A DNA stretch of 52,986 nucleotides from a virus (IMGVR_UViG_3300025112_000017:1-52986), one strand, 5' to 3'; shown: positions 37,747 through 47,603, counted from the first letter of the stretch. A program made the numbers and translations. The notes: generated by a model from the letters alone, not told the origin.

Positions 37747-38120
37747 TAGTTCTCACCACCCTTATCGGGTTGCCCACTCTCGCTAAGAGCAGCCTGTAGA
37801 TCCGCCAAGTATTTCTCTCCCTCGGGTGTTTCTGGCTTCCAGTCTGCCACTAACTTCTCTACAGCGGAGAACAGCGGGGTCTCTGGGCCACCCTCGGACT
37901 CCTTGTAGACATCAGGCATGTCGTACTCTTCTTTCTTCTCGGGGTCCTCCTTCTCCTCCCCCGCAATCTCCTTGGCGTAGGACATCGCGTCTTCAGGGGA
38001 AGAAGCCTTCCCTTTAGGGGCCTCGATAATAAGGAGGTCCATAGCTCCGTCTTTACCGCCGATCACATCGGCAGCTAAACTTTTCATCTTTTCTAGTACA
38101 TCAGGTCCCAACATGGGCAT
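37746..38120 (-). CDS. acidic hypothetical protein
   Basis: Packed after the portal. Confidence 0.6.
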   Translation of the reverse strand: MPMLGPDVLEKMKSLAADVIGGKDGAMDLLIIEAPKGKASSPEDAMSYAKEIAGEEKEDPEKKEEYDMPDVYKESEGGPETPLFSAVEKLVADWKPETPEGEKYLADLQAALSESGQPDKGGEN

Positions 38121-38135
38121 CTCCTAAAAGGTTTG

Positions 38136-39893
38136 TCAACTAAGGCCAGGAATAGACTTGGCTAACGACGCTAAAATATCAGGGCTTATTCCGCCAGGAG
38201 CCGCCCCATTAACTGGTGCTTCAGGCGGCAACCCCATAGGCGGGCCCCCCTCCTCTGGCGCTGGTGGTTCTGGCGGGTTCTCGCGAATAACGCTGGGCCT
38301 CCAGCCGTAAGCATCGACAAGCTCTTTCGCAAGCTCTTTCATATCGAAAGACTCCGAGAGGCTGCTGCCTGTGAGCGCGGGCAACATGTTCGTCATTGAG
38401 TCTCGTCGAGCAATCTTGTCCTCCATAAGCGGCGAGAACGGAAGCAAGCGGAACCGGACGGATTCAGCGAGAAGCTCGTGCCCTAACACCTCAGGCGTAA
38501 CATCTGTGGTGGTCTTCTCTGCCAGGTCGGCAAGGTCGATACCAGAAACATCCCGGTTGGCTATGGCCCAGCGCATCACATCTAAGCACTGCTCAAATAA
38601 CTGCGTGACAACGCGAACTAACTTTTGTGAACGAATACGGAGGCGTCCCTCTACAGCACCGCGAATCATGTTCGCCTCTGCCGCTGTGCGTATGTTCGCC
38701 ACTTCTCCCCGCTGGTAATCGGACATTCCGGGAGTCCAGCGAATAGCTTCTACATTATCCTCAAGGTGCCTGTTAAAGTCGAATGTGGTCTGCATGTCAG
38801 GGGAAACCCAGACGCGCTGATCAATAGTGCCATCCACAGGAAACCGAATACGAGTAGGCTCCCAAGTCTTGGCGTCCTTCCAACGCTCAAAATCTTCCTC
38901 AGAGTTAAACAACCCCTCATCAACCAGCATGCGCTTAGGTAGTCGCGCAACCACCTCGCGACGAGCGGAGACCAGTTCGTTGATGTCTCTTTGTAGTGGC
39001 GCGATAAGCGAAACATCACTGATGCCTCGGATTCGGCCAACGCCATTGTTGAAGACCAACAAGCTGTAAGGTCTACGATAAGGCATCTTTGCTTCCATGA
39101 GAACTTGTCGCGTCTCTGGATGCATGTGGTAGATCATTCCACGCTTGTAATCCCAGAACTCAATCAGTCCAACAAACTCTTTCAAGCCTGCGCTTCTAAG
39201 CTCTCGCTCTTCCGCATCACCCAAACGCTCAGAGACAAGGCTCCGTGGATAGGTGTCTGCCTTAATATCTTTAGTTGCAGAATATAAGCCGCTCTTAACT
39301 CGCTTATTGAAATCGTCCCAATGAACGGTGAAGCGCTCGAAAGACCAGTTTGCATCACGGATGTGCTTCGCTGACGGGTCAAAGTGTACTTCCCACGGAA
39401 GTTTCAGTCGCCAGATTGGGCGGCCAAGCGGCATAGACCAAGAGACTTTCGCAATCCCCTCCCCAAAAAGGAGAGCGTGGAGAACAAACTCCTGAACGGT
39501 TGAGTCCAACTCATCGCGCTCAGCAATCCAATTGAGCACTGCTGCGATTCTGCGCCCTGAAAATGTAGGGTCCTCTGCTCGCGAGTTCGACTTGTACGAC
39601 GACTGACGCTGATCCAAAGCCTCTACTTGCGGTAGGTCCATAGCCAGGGCGGAAACAATCGTGTCCACAATAGGGAAGACTTCATTGCGAACAGCTTTGT
39701 ATGAACGGAACTGGCCGCTCTTTCCGTCCCCCCCGTAGCCGTCGCCGTCCCAAAATTTACCTCTATAGTAAGAAATGTTACGAACAATCTCTTCCATCCG
39801 CTCGTTACGAAAGAGCTTCTCCGAAGTGTTGACTAAGCCCATGACCCGCTTCACCAAGTCTTGTGTCTTTTCCTTTTTCGATTTCTTTCTCAT
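38136..39893 (-). CDS. portal protein (podoviral P22/SU10-like)
   Basis: ~585 aa after TerL; YYRG, RTAAEA, Pro-rich C-tail; ATGA overlap with TerL. Confidence 0.85.
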   Translation of the reverse strand: MRKKSKKEKTQDLVKRVMGLVNTSEKLFRNERMEEIVRNISYYRGKFWDGDGYGGDGKSGQFRSYKAVRNEVFPIVDTIVSALAMDLPQVEALDQRQSSYKSNSRAEDPTFSGRRIAAVLNWIAERDELDSTVQEFVLHALLFGEGIAKVSWSMPLGRPIWRLKLPWEVHFDPSAKHIRDANWSFERFTVHWDDFNKRVKSGLYSATKDIKADTYPRSLVSERLGDAEERELRSAGLKEFVGLIEFWDYKRGMIYHMHPETRQVLMEAKMPYRRPYSLLVFNNGVGRIRGISDVSLIAPLQRDINELVSARREVVARLPKRMLVDEGLFNSEEDFERWKDAKTWEPTRIRFPVDGTIDQRVWVSPDMQTTFDFNRHLEDNVEAIRWTPGMSDYQRGEVANIRTAAEANMIRGAVEGRLRIRSQKLVRVVTQLFEQCLDVMRWAIANRDVSGIDLADLAEKTTTDVTPEVLGHELLAESVRFRLLPFSPLMEDKIARRDSMTNMLPALTGSSLSESFDMKELAKELVDAYGWRPSVIRENPPEPPAPEEGGPPMGLPPEAPVNGAAPGGISPDILASLAKSIPGLS

Positions 39894-41512
39894 AGGTGGC
39901 GACCCCAAGGACTGTTCTGTCCTCTATTGGTCCCGCCATCAATCCTACGGATGAGCCGGTCCCAGTTTTTCTTAGCTATCTTACGACGATCCATCTCAGC
40001 AGGAATAGTCTTACCTGACTCGTAACGCCAAGCCCACGCGGCGATAGACATAGCAGCAACCAAGTCAAAGTGACCTCCCTTAGCATCCCTTTTCAGCTTA
40101 TCCCATTGTCCCCTATACTGGGTAAGTTGCTGGATAATCCGCCTAGAGGGTATGGTTAGGGACTCGTCAAGTATCAACTGTTGAAGTATTGAAATCGACT
40201 CTGCCTTTGTCTTCATGGACGAGTGCCACCCAGGTATACGGTTTGTGCCTATGTTCCGAGACAACGGCGAAGTGCTCGTCCTGTAATAGATCCTTCGGTA
40301 CCCATTTGATATAAGGTGACTTAGAACAGCCTCGCCAACGCCATTGCTCTCTACATAAATAGAGGCTTTGTTGAACTCAGCCCCAATCTTGCAAAGCCAT
40401 CCCGCCATATCGTGCGCGTCTCTGTGGCCTAAATAGTCGGCAACGACGGTACAAGTATCTATATCGAGAACAACCACGCCGGTATAGTCTCTCTTTGACC
40501 AGGACGATGCTGGGTCTACAGCGATCACATACCGATGATTTTCGTTTACGGCGTCATACCTTTCAAAAGACTTTGTCTCTTGGGACAGCCCAGTGTTCCC
40601 ATCGAGAGACTTCAGCATTAGCATTAGCCTGTCCGTATCGAAGACGGCGTCACCGACCATCGTCCAACAATCGACCTCATTAATTGGGTACTCCGCTCTA
40701 AACCTGCGCATGTCGCGGCGGCACTTCTCAAACCCAACAGTCTGCAACCAGAACGCCTGTGCGTCTGTAAGCGAATGCTTGTGCGCGTAATCAGCGATAA
40801 CGGAAGACGTTCTCCATCCGGGCGTGGGCTTCTTCGAATAAGAATCCACCATAGTCCACGGTATAAAAACTTTCAGCCACTTAGACCCCGGCGTGTCCGA
40901 GTCTATTGAAACTTGGTGCATCTGGTCCCCCTGAAACTTAGGGGTACTCTCTGCGAACACAATTCCCCCGTCGTCAGCCACTGCGTTCAGGGCGGATGTC
41001 CAAGCATCAGCACCCATCGACTCTGCCCAAGAACTAATCTCTGTTGCGAGAAGGACCTGAATAGTCTCTCCACGAAGGGGCTCTTCACCGCGAATGGTGT
41101 CAACAGTAAGTCTACTATCAATGTCTGGAAACTCAAGAGTCCTCTTAAGGCCAGGGGTCTTTCGCTGCTTTATTTCAGCGGGCGTGTGACCATGAAAACG
41201 AACAGCCATACCAGCAAGATAAGAGGCTGTATCTTTCTTGTGAGCCAGGATGGCTGTGCGACAACCGGGCCTATAAGCTGTGTGTTGATACGCAAGACCA
41301 GTAAAGAAAGTAGAGGAGCCCTCCTGCCTTGGCTTGATGTGACATATCCATCGGCGCTCTTTGTACGCCCTCATCACCCCGGCTGCCAGTATCTTCTGCG
41401 GTGTCCATAGGTCGAAGGGGACTATCTTTCCGCTCTTCGAGCGAAGGCTCATCATCGGTAAGAAGTGATTCGGGTCCCAGAAGTTTGGGTCATTCGGATA
41501 GACTATTTTCAC
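39890..41512 (-). CDS. terL: terminase large subunit
   Basis: KPRQEGSST Walker A, LLATE Walker B variant, AESTP, IAVDPAS and HFDLVAAMSIA nuclease motifs. Confidence 0.92.
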   Translation of the reverse strand: MKIVYPNDPNFWDPNHFLPMMSLRSKSGKIVPFDLWTPQKILAAGVMRAYKERRWICHIKPRQEGSSTFFTGLAYQHTAYRPGCRTAILAHKKDTASYLAGMAVRFHGHTPAEIKQRKTPGLKRTLEFPDIDSRLTVDTIRGEEPLRGETIQVLLATEISSWAESMGADAWTSALNAVADDGGIVFAESTPKFQGDQMHQVSIDSDTPGSKWLKVFIPWTMVDSYSKKPTPGWRTSSVIADYAHKHSLTDAQAFWLQTVGFEKCRRDMRRFRAEYPINEVDCWTMVGDAVFDTDRLMLMLKSLDGNTGLSQETKSFERYDAVNENHRYVIAVDPASSWSKRDYTGVVVLDIDTCTVVADYLGHRDAHDMAGWLCKIGAEFNKASIYVESNGVGEAVLSHLISNGYRRIYYRTSTSPLSRNIGTNRIPGWHSSMKTKAESISILQQLILDESLTIPSRRIIQQLTQYRGQWDKLKRDAKGGHFDLVAAMSIAAWAWRYESGKTIPAEMDRRKIAKKNWDRLIRRIDGGTNRGQNSPWGRHL

Positions 41513-41775
41513 TGGACAACACCAAAGACCCCGAACGGCCCGTTCGAAGTAAGCTCCGTCACGTTTGTAGCAGCAACCGGGTTCTTCTTAGAACTCGGTG
41601 CCAGCTTCTTCTTTGCCTCGATAACACCGCGCGCCGTGGTCACTGCTTTCAGTAAAACGTCCGCCTCTCGCGGCGTAATACTTCCAGAGCACATCGCTTC
41701 AACCGCTGCTTGCGTAGTGTTTAACAAACCGTCGAACGAATCCATGGTGATTCTGCCGTCAAGTGGATTACTCAT
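41509..41775 (-). CDS. putative terminase small subunit
   Basis: Small gene coupled upstream of TerL; GSITPREA. Confidence 0.45.
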   Translation of the reverse strand: MSNPLDGRITMDSFDGLLNTTQAAVEAMCSGSITPREADVLLKAVTTARGVIEAKKKLAPSSKKNPVAATNVTELTSNGPFGVFGVVQ

Positions 41776-42272
41776 AATGACCTCATGATTAGGTCAGCAC
41801 CAATCCCGGATTCGGGAAAGCACTGACAAAGCGCATCTATAAACTCTCTATCATTACGCAGCACTTGTAAAGCTCTCTTTAGGCTCATGTGTACCGCCTG
41901 TTTGGAGCAGCCCTCTTCCGAAGCGATGTCCACAAGCTGCATCCCGGACAATCGTTGCTCTAACCGTGCCGCCTGAGAAGAGGAGAGCTTCCTGTAGATA
42001 ATCCTCTTAAGGTGTGTGTCCATAACACCACCCGTATACAAGTCAGTAACAACCGGCCTTCTAGAGGCGAGATATTCAAGAGCCCTGTCTGGCCATGATG
42101 CGTTCGCTATCACCACTTCACGCACCGCGCTTAACTCAGAACTAAGTATGTTTTTAGAAATCGCGAGACGAACAACCTCACTTCTTGATATACCTAGACT
42201 ATCGGCGCGGTCCTTGACTTGCCGATCCATTCGGTCTGTAATCCACATTCCGATATACTTAGACTTAGTCAT
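41772..42272 (-). CDS. regulator: N-terminal ribbon-helix-helix plus C-terminal sigma-region-4-like HTH
   Basis: IGMWIT..MDRQVKDRADSLGISRSEVVRLAI; MQLVDIASEEGCSKQAVHMSLKRA. Confidence 0.7.
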   Translation of the reverse strand: MTKSKYIGMWITDRMDRQVKDRADSLGISRSEVVRLAISKNILSSELSAVREVVIANASWPDRALEYLASRRPVVTDLYTGGVMDTHLKRIIYRKLSSSQAARLEQRLSGMQLVDIASEEGCSKQAVHMSLKRALQVLRNDREFIDALCQCFPESGIGADLIMRSL

Positions 42273-42302
42273 AGGACAACCATAGCACTCTCAGGAGAGT
42301 AA

Positions 42303-42581
42303 ATGCCCCGCAAACAATCAACAACAACTGAAAACCAATCCCCAATCGGAACCGAACTCCCGGCCATGAAGCGCCGTGCCAGCGCACGCGCTCCTGTCAA
42401 AACAGTGTTTGTTCTTAAAATCTTTGCTGTAGGGCGAGAGTTTGAAGTCCTGTTCGAAAGCGAACAGAAACGAAAAGTGGAGGTAGTCCGATTTTCCCAA
42501 CGCTCTCCCCGAGGTCTTCCTGTAACCATCGAAGGGTTTACTTTCATTGGGCCTGTTGTCTTGGAACAGGTTGAGCGTTAG
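42303..42581 (+). CDS. hypothetical protein on the opposite strand to its neighbours
   Basis: AGGAG RBS before ATG 42303. Confidence 0.5.
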   Translation: MPRKQSTTTENQSPIGTELPAMKRRASARAPVKTVFVLKIFAVGREFEVLFESEQKRKVEVVRFSQRSPRGLPVTIEGFTFIGPVVLEQVER

Positions 42582-42960
42582 ATTTAGAACCTGTCTTCTG
42601 TGAAAGGAACTGCGTCAAGGTCTTGGAGGAATCCTTCAGGGCCTTGATGTTCTTTTGGGATTCCTTGTGTGCCTTAAAGTATAGGTTCTCCATTTCCGCA
42701 GCCATAGCGCAAACCCACTGCGGCTCTCTTGGGTTTCTCCAATCAGTCCACCTTTTATCGTCTTCATCGAAGACTTGGAAGTGCCCGGAATACCCGTCCC
42801 ACCGAATGGTTACGGAGTGCTCCTTGTTGGTGACCGAAACATCGCAAACCATTTCTGCTGAAAAAAAGGCCCTTTCTAATCCGCAAATCATTCGGACAAT
42901 GTTGGTGTAATTCTCTTTAAAGAAACTCATGCTCCCCATCCTTTTACTTGTTGGGCTCAA
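42544..42960 (-). CDS. hypothetical protein
   Basis: Follows the lysis-like genes; start uncertain. Confidence 0.55.
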   Translation of the reverse strand: MSPTSKRMGSMSFFKENYTNIVRMICGLERAFFSAEMVCDVSVTNKEHSVTIRWDGYSGHFQVFDEDDKRWTDWRNPREPQWVCAMAAEMENLYFKAHKESQKNIKALKDSSKTLTQFLSQKTGSKSNAQPVPRQQAQ

Positions 42961-43351
42961 GCGCCACCCCTATAACAACCCCCGCTGCCACACCAACTGA
43001 AACACCCACAGCCACCCAACTTAGCCGGTCCTTCCACACACCCCACACAGAAGGCACTTGGGATTTTAGGTACTCGTTTTCTGCAACAGCAACAGCTTTC
43101 CACGAATCCAACCCAATGTAATACCCAACGAGGGAAGTGGGAACCGCCACCCCGTTGCAGGCAACCACCCACGCCCCAGGGTCCACAAGGTCCTCTGGTG
43201 GAGCTTGACCGGAGATAAGTGGGTACGCTTTCAAACACTCGTTAGGTACTGGCTCGCCTTGAATTGGGGGGTCGGTGGCCAGGGCGGGCTGAAGACTACA
43301 GTATAAGCACGCACCTATAAGCGCCAACAGACGTTTCCCCACCCAAGCCAT
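42944..43351 (-). CDS. exported membrane protein, spanin candidate
   Basis: N-terminal signal peptide, C-terminal hydrophobic segment, in the lysis cassette. Confidence 0.45.
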   Translation of the reverse strand: MAWVGKRLLALIGACLYCSLQPALATDPPIQGEPVPNECLKAYPLISGQAPPEDLVDPGAWVVACNGVAVPTSLVGYYIGLDSWKAVAVAENEYLKSQVPSVWGVWKDRLSWVAVGVSVGVAAGVVIGVALEPNK

Positions 43352-43353
43352 AG

Positions 43354-43566
43354 TTATTTTAACTTCTCATTGATGAGTTCAGCGATCCTCTCTTCTGCAT
43401 TCTCAGCAGCGAGGGCAGCACGAACCTCTTTCTTTTTATCGGAGTGGGTATCGTTGGCCTTGTCTAGAGCCTTCTTGTCAAGGGAGGGGCTGTGCGTATC
43501 AAAGGACAAAAGCCACGCGACAGCCGCCAATAGAATTCCCCCAACAAGACCAACGATATAGTCCAT
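43354..43566 (-). CDS. i-spanin-like membrane protein
   Basis: MDYIVGLVGGILLAAVAWLL TM followed by a charged helix. Confidence 0.45.
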   Translation of the reverse strand: MDYIVGLVGGILLAAVAWLLSFDTHSPSLDKKALDKANDTHSDKKKEVRAALAAENAEERIAELINEKLK

Positions 43567-43760
43567 TACTCGATCACTGCTTCTGGAGCGGGTGTAGGCT
43601 CCACAGCGGGCGTGACCTCTGCGGCAACAGGTTCCTCCACCACTTCTACTTGCGGTGGGGACAGCACGCATTGACCGAATACTGAACCGATGACGAGACT
43701 TCCACCGACCAGAGCGGCAGTCACACCATATTTGTTTTTCAACTCTACTAACTTAGACAT
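43566..43760 (-). CDS. small membrane protein (lysis region)
   Basis: One TM plus Pro/Glu/Ala tail. Confidence 0.5.
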   Translation of the reverse strand: MSKLVELKNKYGVTAALVGGSLVIGSVFGQCVLSPPQVEVVEEPVAAEVTPAVEPTPAPEAVIE

Positions 43761-44337
43761 CTTCTTCCTCCATCAGCGTATAGGTAAAGGCGTTGCCCCA
43801 TTCCTCTGCTGACTTCTTGATTATGGACAAGAAAAACTTCCAGTCCTCATAGCTCTGTATCACCTGGCAGCCTGCTGACCACTTGTCCACTGTAACCGCG
43901 AACCTCTGGGTTGAGGCACGATGGATATTTATTCCGTACCAGCCCTCATGTAAATCGTCATCTGTGCTATCCCAATCAAAGGTGTGGTCCCTGTCGTTAT
44001 CGCGCCACACCTTGACCGGAGCAAGGCGTTGACACAGGGCGTCGTACTTGCCTCGATGCTTGTCAATCTTCCATGCTTTGTACTGGCCTGGCACCAAGGC
44101 TGCCGTACCGTTCACAGCCATAGGATTCTCAAGCCAGTAGGTCCCTGGGTCTGTAGTCCCAGCGAATTCCCTGGTGATCCAAATGCCATCGTCGTCCTTG
44201 TAGACCAAGGCAATGGTGTCATCGAACTTGTTGGGCTCGCCTGTTCGACGGATGCCAATGATGTTGACGTTCCAGTTTCCGGAAGTGAAAATTCGGTAGC
44301 CCTTGGCTTTCACTTTCTGTAGTAGCAACGGTATCAT
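43753..44337 (-). CDS. putative endolysin (His/Cys YkuD/L,D-transpeptidase-like fold)
   Basis: NIIGIR, NKFDD, TTDPG, GINIHRA, WSAGCQV; flanked by holin-like genes. Confidence 0.7.
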   Translation of the reverse strand: MIPLLLQKVKAKGYRIFTSGNWNVNIIGIRRTGEPNKFDDTIALVYKDDDGIWITREFAGTTDPGTYWLENPMAVNGTAALVPGQYKAWKIDKHRGKYDALCQRLAPVKVWRDNDRDHTFDWDSTDDDLHEGWYGINIHRASTQRFAVTVDKWSAGCQVIQSYEDWKFFLSIIKKSAEEWGNAFTYTLMEEEDV

Positions 44338-44492
44338 TCGACTGCCTTCAGTACACGTTCAAGTAATTCCTCATACTTCTTGGACATCAGGCTGAGTTGA
44401 GCCCCGTACTTCTTGTTCTGAAATATGAGGTAACCAATGAATAGCCCGGTGATTCCAAGATCAATTAACTGTGCGACGAACTCAGACTCCAT
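44334..44492 (-). CDS. 52-aa holin-like protein (BhlA/UviB-like; not in ORF track)
   Basis: MESEFVAQLIDLGITGLFIGYLIFQNKK...VE*; ATGA overlap with the endolysin. Confidence 0.6.
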   Translation of the reverse strand: MESEFVAQLIDLGITGLFIGYLIFQNKKYGAQLSLMSKKYEELLERVLKAVE

Positions 44493-44680
44493 CAGCCTAA
44501 GAACTCAATGAGCAATGGCATCACAACGACCAGCACCAGGGTAGCACCCTGCATCTTGAAGAGTATTCGCGAATGATACTTCACTTCTACCTCCAAGTCT
44601 GAGATACGATTCTCACTAACCTTACCTTTGTTTTCAAGTACGGCAGCGCGAACTTCTAGGTCTGATACCCGTCTTTCCAT
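44492..44680 (-). CDS. coiled-coil plus C-terminal TM protein (XhlA-like)
   Basis: MERRVSDLEV...RISDLEV, hydrophobic C-terminus. Confidence 0.55.
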   Translation of the reverse strand: MERRVSDLEVRAAVLENKGKVSENRISDLEVEVKYHSRILFKMQGATLVLVVVMPLLIEFLG

Positions 44681-44681
44681 T

Positions 44682-44966
44682 CTACAGTTTTCCCCGCAAA
44701 AACCAAGCCTTTGATACTTCATCCGCCTCAGTAAATGAATCAGGCGTTGAAATGCTGTAACCTATATTATAGGTTTCACCCGCTGGGCAGGCGTCAATCA
44801 GGGCAAGATTTCTGGTCTTCGTACACTCAATTAAAACACGGTCAGAATAGGTAGATGCCCGCGAGGTTGTGCCCATGTCCACACCCCAAAGCTCGCCGGC
44901 CTCAACGGCTGAAACCGCCGCTTGTGCTGATGTCGGGCTACTGCAAACGATTGTGATAATAGTCAT
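44682..44966 (-). CDS. hypothetical protein
   Basis: Coupled to the upstream gene. Confidence 0.55.
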   Translation of the reverse strand: MTIITIVCSSPTSAQAAVSAVEAGELWGVDMGTTSRASTYSDRVLIECTKTRNLALIDACPAGETYNIGYSISTPDSFTEADEVSKAWFLRGKL

Positions 44967-45967
44967 AGCGTTGCCCTATGTTGTACGGGCTGAAGATACA
45001 TGCGGATTTTCTTAATTCGAATCTCGCCCTTGCCGCCTGTGCCTGAATTCGTGCCGAACCAGAGCGCCACATGCCAGAAAGGAGTCAGGGTCTGGTCACT
45101 AAATTTCGTAGAGTTATCAAACATTTGCTGATTCAGCATACACATCCCAGCGAAAGGAGTGGTGTTGTCATAGCTGCCAGCCTGGATGTTGCATCGTCCG
45201 TAAGGCCCAGAGCCTGCTTCTTTTCGAAGTGGAGAAGTGGCATAGACAATAGCGTTGTGTGCCCCGGCGCCGCCTCCACCAGACTGATTCTTCCACATCG
45301 AGGTGCCTTGCATTCCAGAATTCGTATTGGTGGACTTGTAGCCTGAAGTATACATATTGGTACGGGTAGAAGTCGCCGGATCTCCGCCGTAGTTTTTATA
45401 CACTTGAGCGGCTGACCACATTACGCTTGATGAATGTACGGGGTTTCCGCCTTGATCACTCGGAAAGCCTGCCAGCCCTGCCAGGCATGTCAGGTATGTG
45501 CCTTCGGCACCCGCTACTGATCCGCCGGAGATTGGCCCGCCATTCGAGGTCGCAAATTCTACCTCTATTTTAAACTGGACTGCTTCCGGTTCAAACTGAT
45601 TATCGGTGGCCCCAGCCGGCTTCGCAATGCCCGCATCTTCCCACGGTTTAATGTGGATGTCGCGTGCCATGAAAAGACCTCTCATCTGAGTTCCCACGAT
45701 TCGCATGTCTGCATTATTCGTTACAAAATGAAGCTCATCTCCACCAATACCAGATACCTTAGAAAGGGTAGATCCCACGCCTGCCGCGCCGATTCCTGTG
45801 CTGATGGTCCACCCATCCGTCGGGTCTAATGGCAAATCGATCCACTCTTTCCACTCGTTTCCGCCGCCGCCGCCAGCGCCGCCGCCGCCGCCGCCTGCGG
45901 CTGGCTGATGAAGCCCGTCATGCTTACCCCCCAAGGTTGTCATGGAGTCTAGGTTTGATGTTGGCAT
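44963..45967 (-). CDS. putative tail fibre/receptor-binding virion protein
   Basis: Short N-arm, poly-Gly linker from a GCC repeat (45861-45895), Gly/Ser/Thr/Asn-rich beta domain. Confidence 0.45.
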   Translation of the reverse strand: MPTSNLDSMTTLGGKHDGLHQPAAGGGGGGAGGGGGNEWKEWIDLPLDPTDGWTISTGIGAAGVGSTLSKVSGIGGDELHFVTNNADMRIVGTQMRGLFMARDIHIKPWEDAGIAKPAGATDNQFEPEAVQFKIEVEFATSNGGPISGGSVAGAEGTYLTCLAGLAGFPSDQGGNPVHSSSVMWSAAQVYKNYGGDPATSTRTNMYTSGYKSTNTNSGMQGTSMWKNQSGGGGAGAHNAIVYATSPLRKEAGSGPYGRCNIQAGSYDNTTPFAGMCMLNQQMFDNSTKFSDQTLTPFWHVALWFGTNSGTGGKGEIRIKKIRMYLQPVQHRATL

Positions 45968-45968
45968 C

Positions 45969-46325
45969 CTATACCCCTTTGGACAAGAACTGCGCAGACA
46001 CGTTGAAATCACCACCTGCGCCAATAGTCACATTAGTGAATCGCAAATAAAGCCGCGTACCTACGCAGTAGACAGCAACAACTCCTGTTCCCGTTACGGT
46101 ACTCGCCGCGCCCTCAGCCCACGCCTCGAATGTGGGGTCCCACCAGAAAGGGGTGACATCAATAGTGTCGGCTGCCCCTGTTCCGTTTGCGGAAACCATA
46201 ACCATTGCTTCCGTTACGTCTACTGTGGGATATTCAACACCCTGAGTGACGAGTGTGGGTATGCCTGTATCAGCAGACACGCCTGTTGCGTAAGTGGTTG
46301 GGGTGATTCTAAAGTTTCTTCCCAT
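45969..46325 (-). CDS. small beta-rich putative virion protein
   Basis: AAGGAAGG RBS; Thr/Gly/Val-rich. Confidence 0.5.
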   Translation of the reverse strand: MGRNFRITPTTYATGVSADTGIPTLVTQGVEYPTVDVTEAMVMVSANGTGAADTIDVTPFWWDPTFEAWAEGAASTVTGTGVVAVYCVGTRLYLRFTNVTIGAGGDFNVSAQFLSKGV

Positions 46326-46406
46326 GTGTGCACCTTCCTTCAATCATATAGACTGAGTCAACTCAATAACGGTATTGTTGTAACCTACCCATAACAGGAG
46401 AGAAAC

Positions 46407-46730
46407 ATGGCTAAAGTACAGAGGCTTGGGCAATTGGTCAAGACCAGCAAGAAAGACTTCGTAAAGAATCTTAGAACCACCCTATCAAAAAGCGAGGGGG
46501 CTGTCTCCCCAAATATAATTCCACAAGGGGAGCAACCCAAAGAAGCTCGCACGGACGTAGAGAGAGAGGCCGCGAAGAAACAAAAGCAAGCATTAGCCGC
46601 AAGCCCCGAAGTTTCCTACACAATCAGCGATGAAGAGCGCATGATGAATCATGTTATTGGTAAGATGCGCTTAGGGCGCGACCTAACCACAGAAGAAGAA
46701 ACTTTCGTACAAAAAATAATTGGAGATTGA
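46407..46730 (+). CDS. hypothetical protein
   Basis: AGGAG RBS. Confidence 0.65.
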   Translation: MAKVQRLGQLVKTSKKDFVKNLRTTLSKSEGAVSPNIIPQGEQPKEARTDVEREAAKKQKQALAASPEVSYTISDEERMMNHVIGKMRLGRDLTTEEETFVQKIIGD

Positions 46731-47490
46731 GATGGGATACTTTGGAGCAAGCGACGACGAGCGAGCAGAGCGCCGAGCCGCACGAGAAGAAAGACTAGAC
46801 GAATACCGCGCTAGCGATGCGTATAAGGCGCGCTGGGCAGACAGTATCGACAACCCAGCCGCACCATTCATGGATAAAAGCCCGGAGGAAATCCAAAGCC
46901 TTATTATTCACATGGCCCAACTCCTAAGGGTTTCGGGCAAGGTAACAAAGGGTGGAGGTCTCGGGCGGGAGCAATTCCTTGAAACGCTTGGAGAGCTTGA
47001 AGCCGCCAAAGAGACAAAGCGCCGGGAGCTTTTGCAGGAGAGCGAGCAACAGCGCCGGGAGCTTTTGCAGGAGATTGAGGAAGACATGGTGTATTTCCAG
47101 CCACAGGGAGAAGGGGACATTGCCGTTGAGGAAGACCCAAAGCCAACCAGAGGCTCAAGCCGAACAACAGCCACACCAGAGAAACTAGAACATCTGCCCC
47201 CATCCCAATTCGACAAGGTCGAGCGTCGTATTGAGGTCACAAAGCCAGAACCGACCAACAAGAACCAACCCTCCGGTAGCAAAAAGAGGGACACCAAGGG
47301 CGACAACCTCCACTTGCTGGTAGACGGACCCACGCTTACCGAATCTCCTGCGGAGAAGGCTGCGAGTGAGGCCCGCCGCAAAAAGGTAATAGCGGAGTTG
47401 GAGGCCGTTATGGACGAGGCCAAGAAGGCAGAACCCAAAGCAAAGAAAGCCCCCTCCCGCACTACGAACCCCAACACCCTCCGACGGTAG
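46720..47490 (+). CDS. charged hypothetical protein with internal duplication
   Basis: 24-bp repeat at 47018-47041 and 47051-47074 (RRELLQE x2). Confidence 0.65.
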   Translation: MEIEMGYFGASDDERAERRAAREERLDEYRASDAYKARWADSIDNPAAPFMDKSPEEIQSLIIHMAQLLRVSGKVTKGGGLGREQFLETLGELEAAKETKRRELLQESEQQRRELLQEIEEDMVYFQPQGEGDIAVEEDPKPTRGSSRTTATPEKLEHLPPSQFDKVERRIEVTKPEPTNKNQPSGSKKRDTKGDNLHLLVDGPTLTESPAEKAASEARRKKVIAELEAVMDEAKKAEPKAKKAPSRTTNPNTLRR

Positions 47491-47508
47491 GGCCATGAAC
47501 ACAGAGAG

Positions 47509-47581
47509 TGGGGTGTAGTTCAATCGGCAGAACGCCTGACTGTTACTCAGGAGGTTGTTGGTTCAAGTCCAGCCGCCCCAG
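47509..47581 (+). tRNA. tRNA-Asn(GTT), no encoded CCA
   Basis: Acceptor TGGGGTG/CGCCCCA with G discriminator, anticodon stem CCTGA/TCAGG with loop CTGTTAC, T-loop TTCAAGT. Confidence 0.92.
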
Positions 47582-47603
47582 CTTCTCACATAAGGAGACT
47601 ACC

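Noticed and set aside
47018-47074. 24-bp direct repeat as att site or DGR repeat
   Set aside because: In-frame intragenic duplication with 33-bp period; no integrase or reverse transcriptase seen
47508-47603. N-terminal part of the 107-aa ORF at 47508
   Set aside because: This is the tRNA; the CDS more plausibly starts at TTG 47604 after AAGGAG
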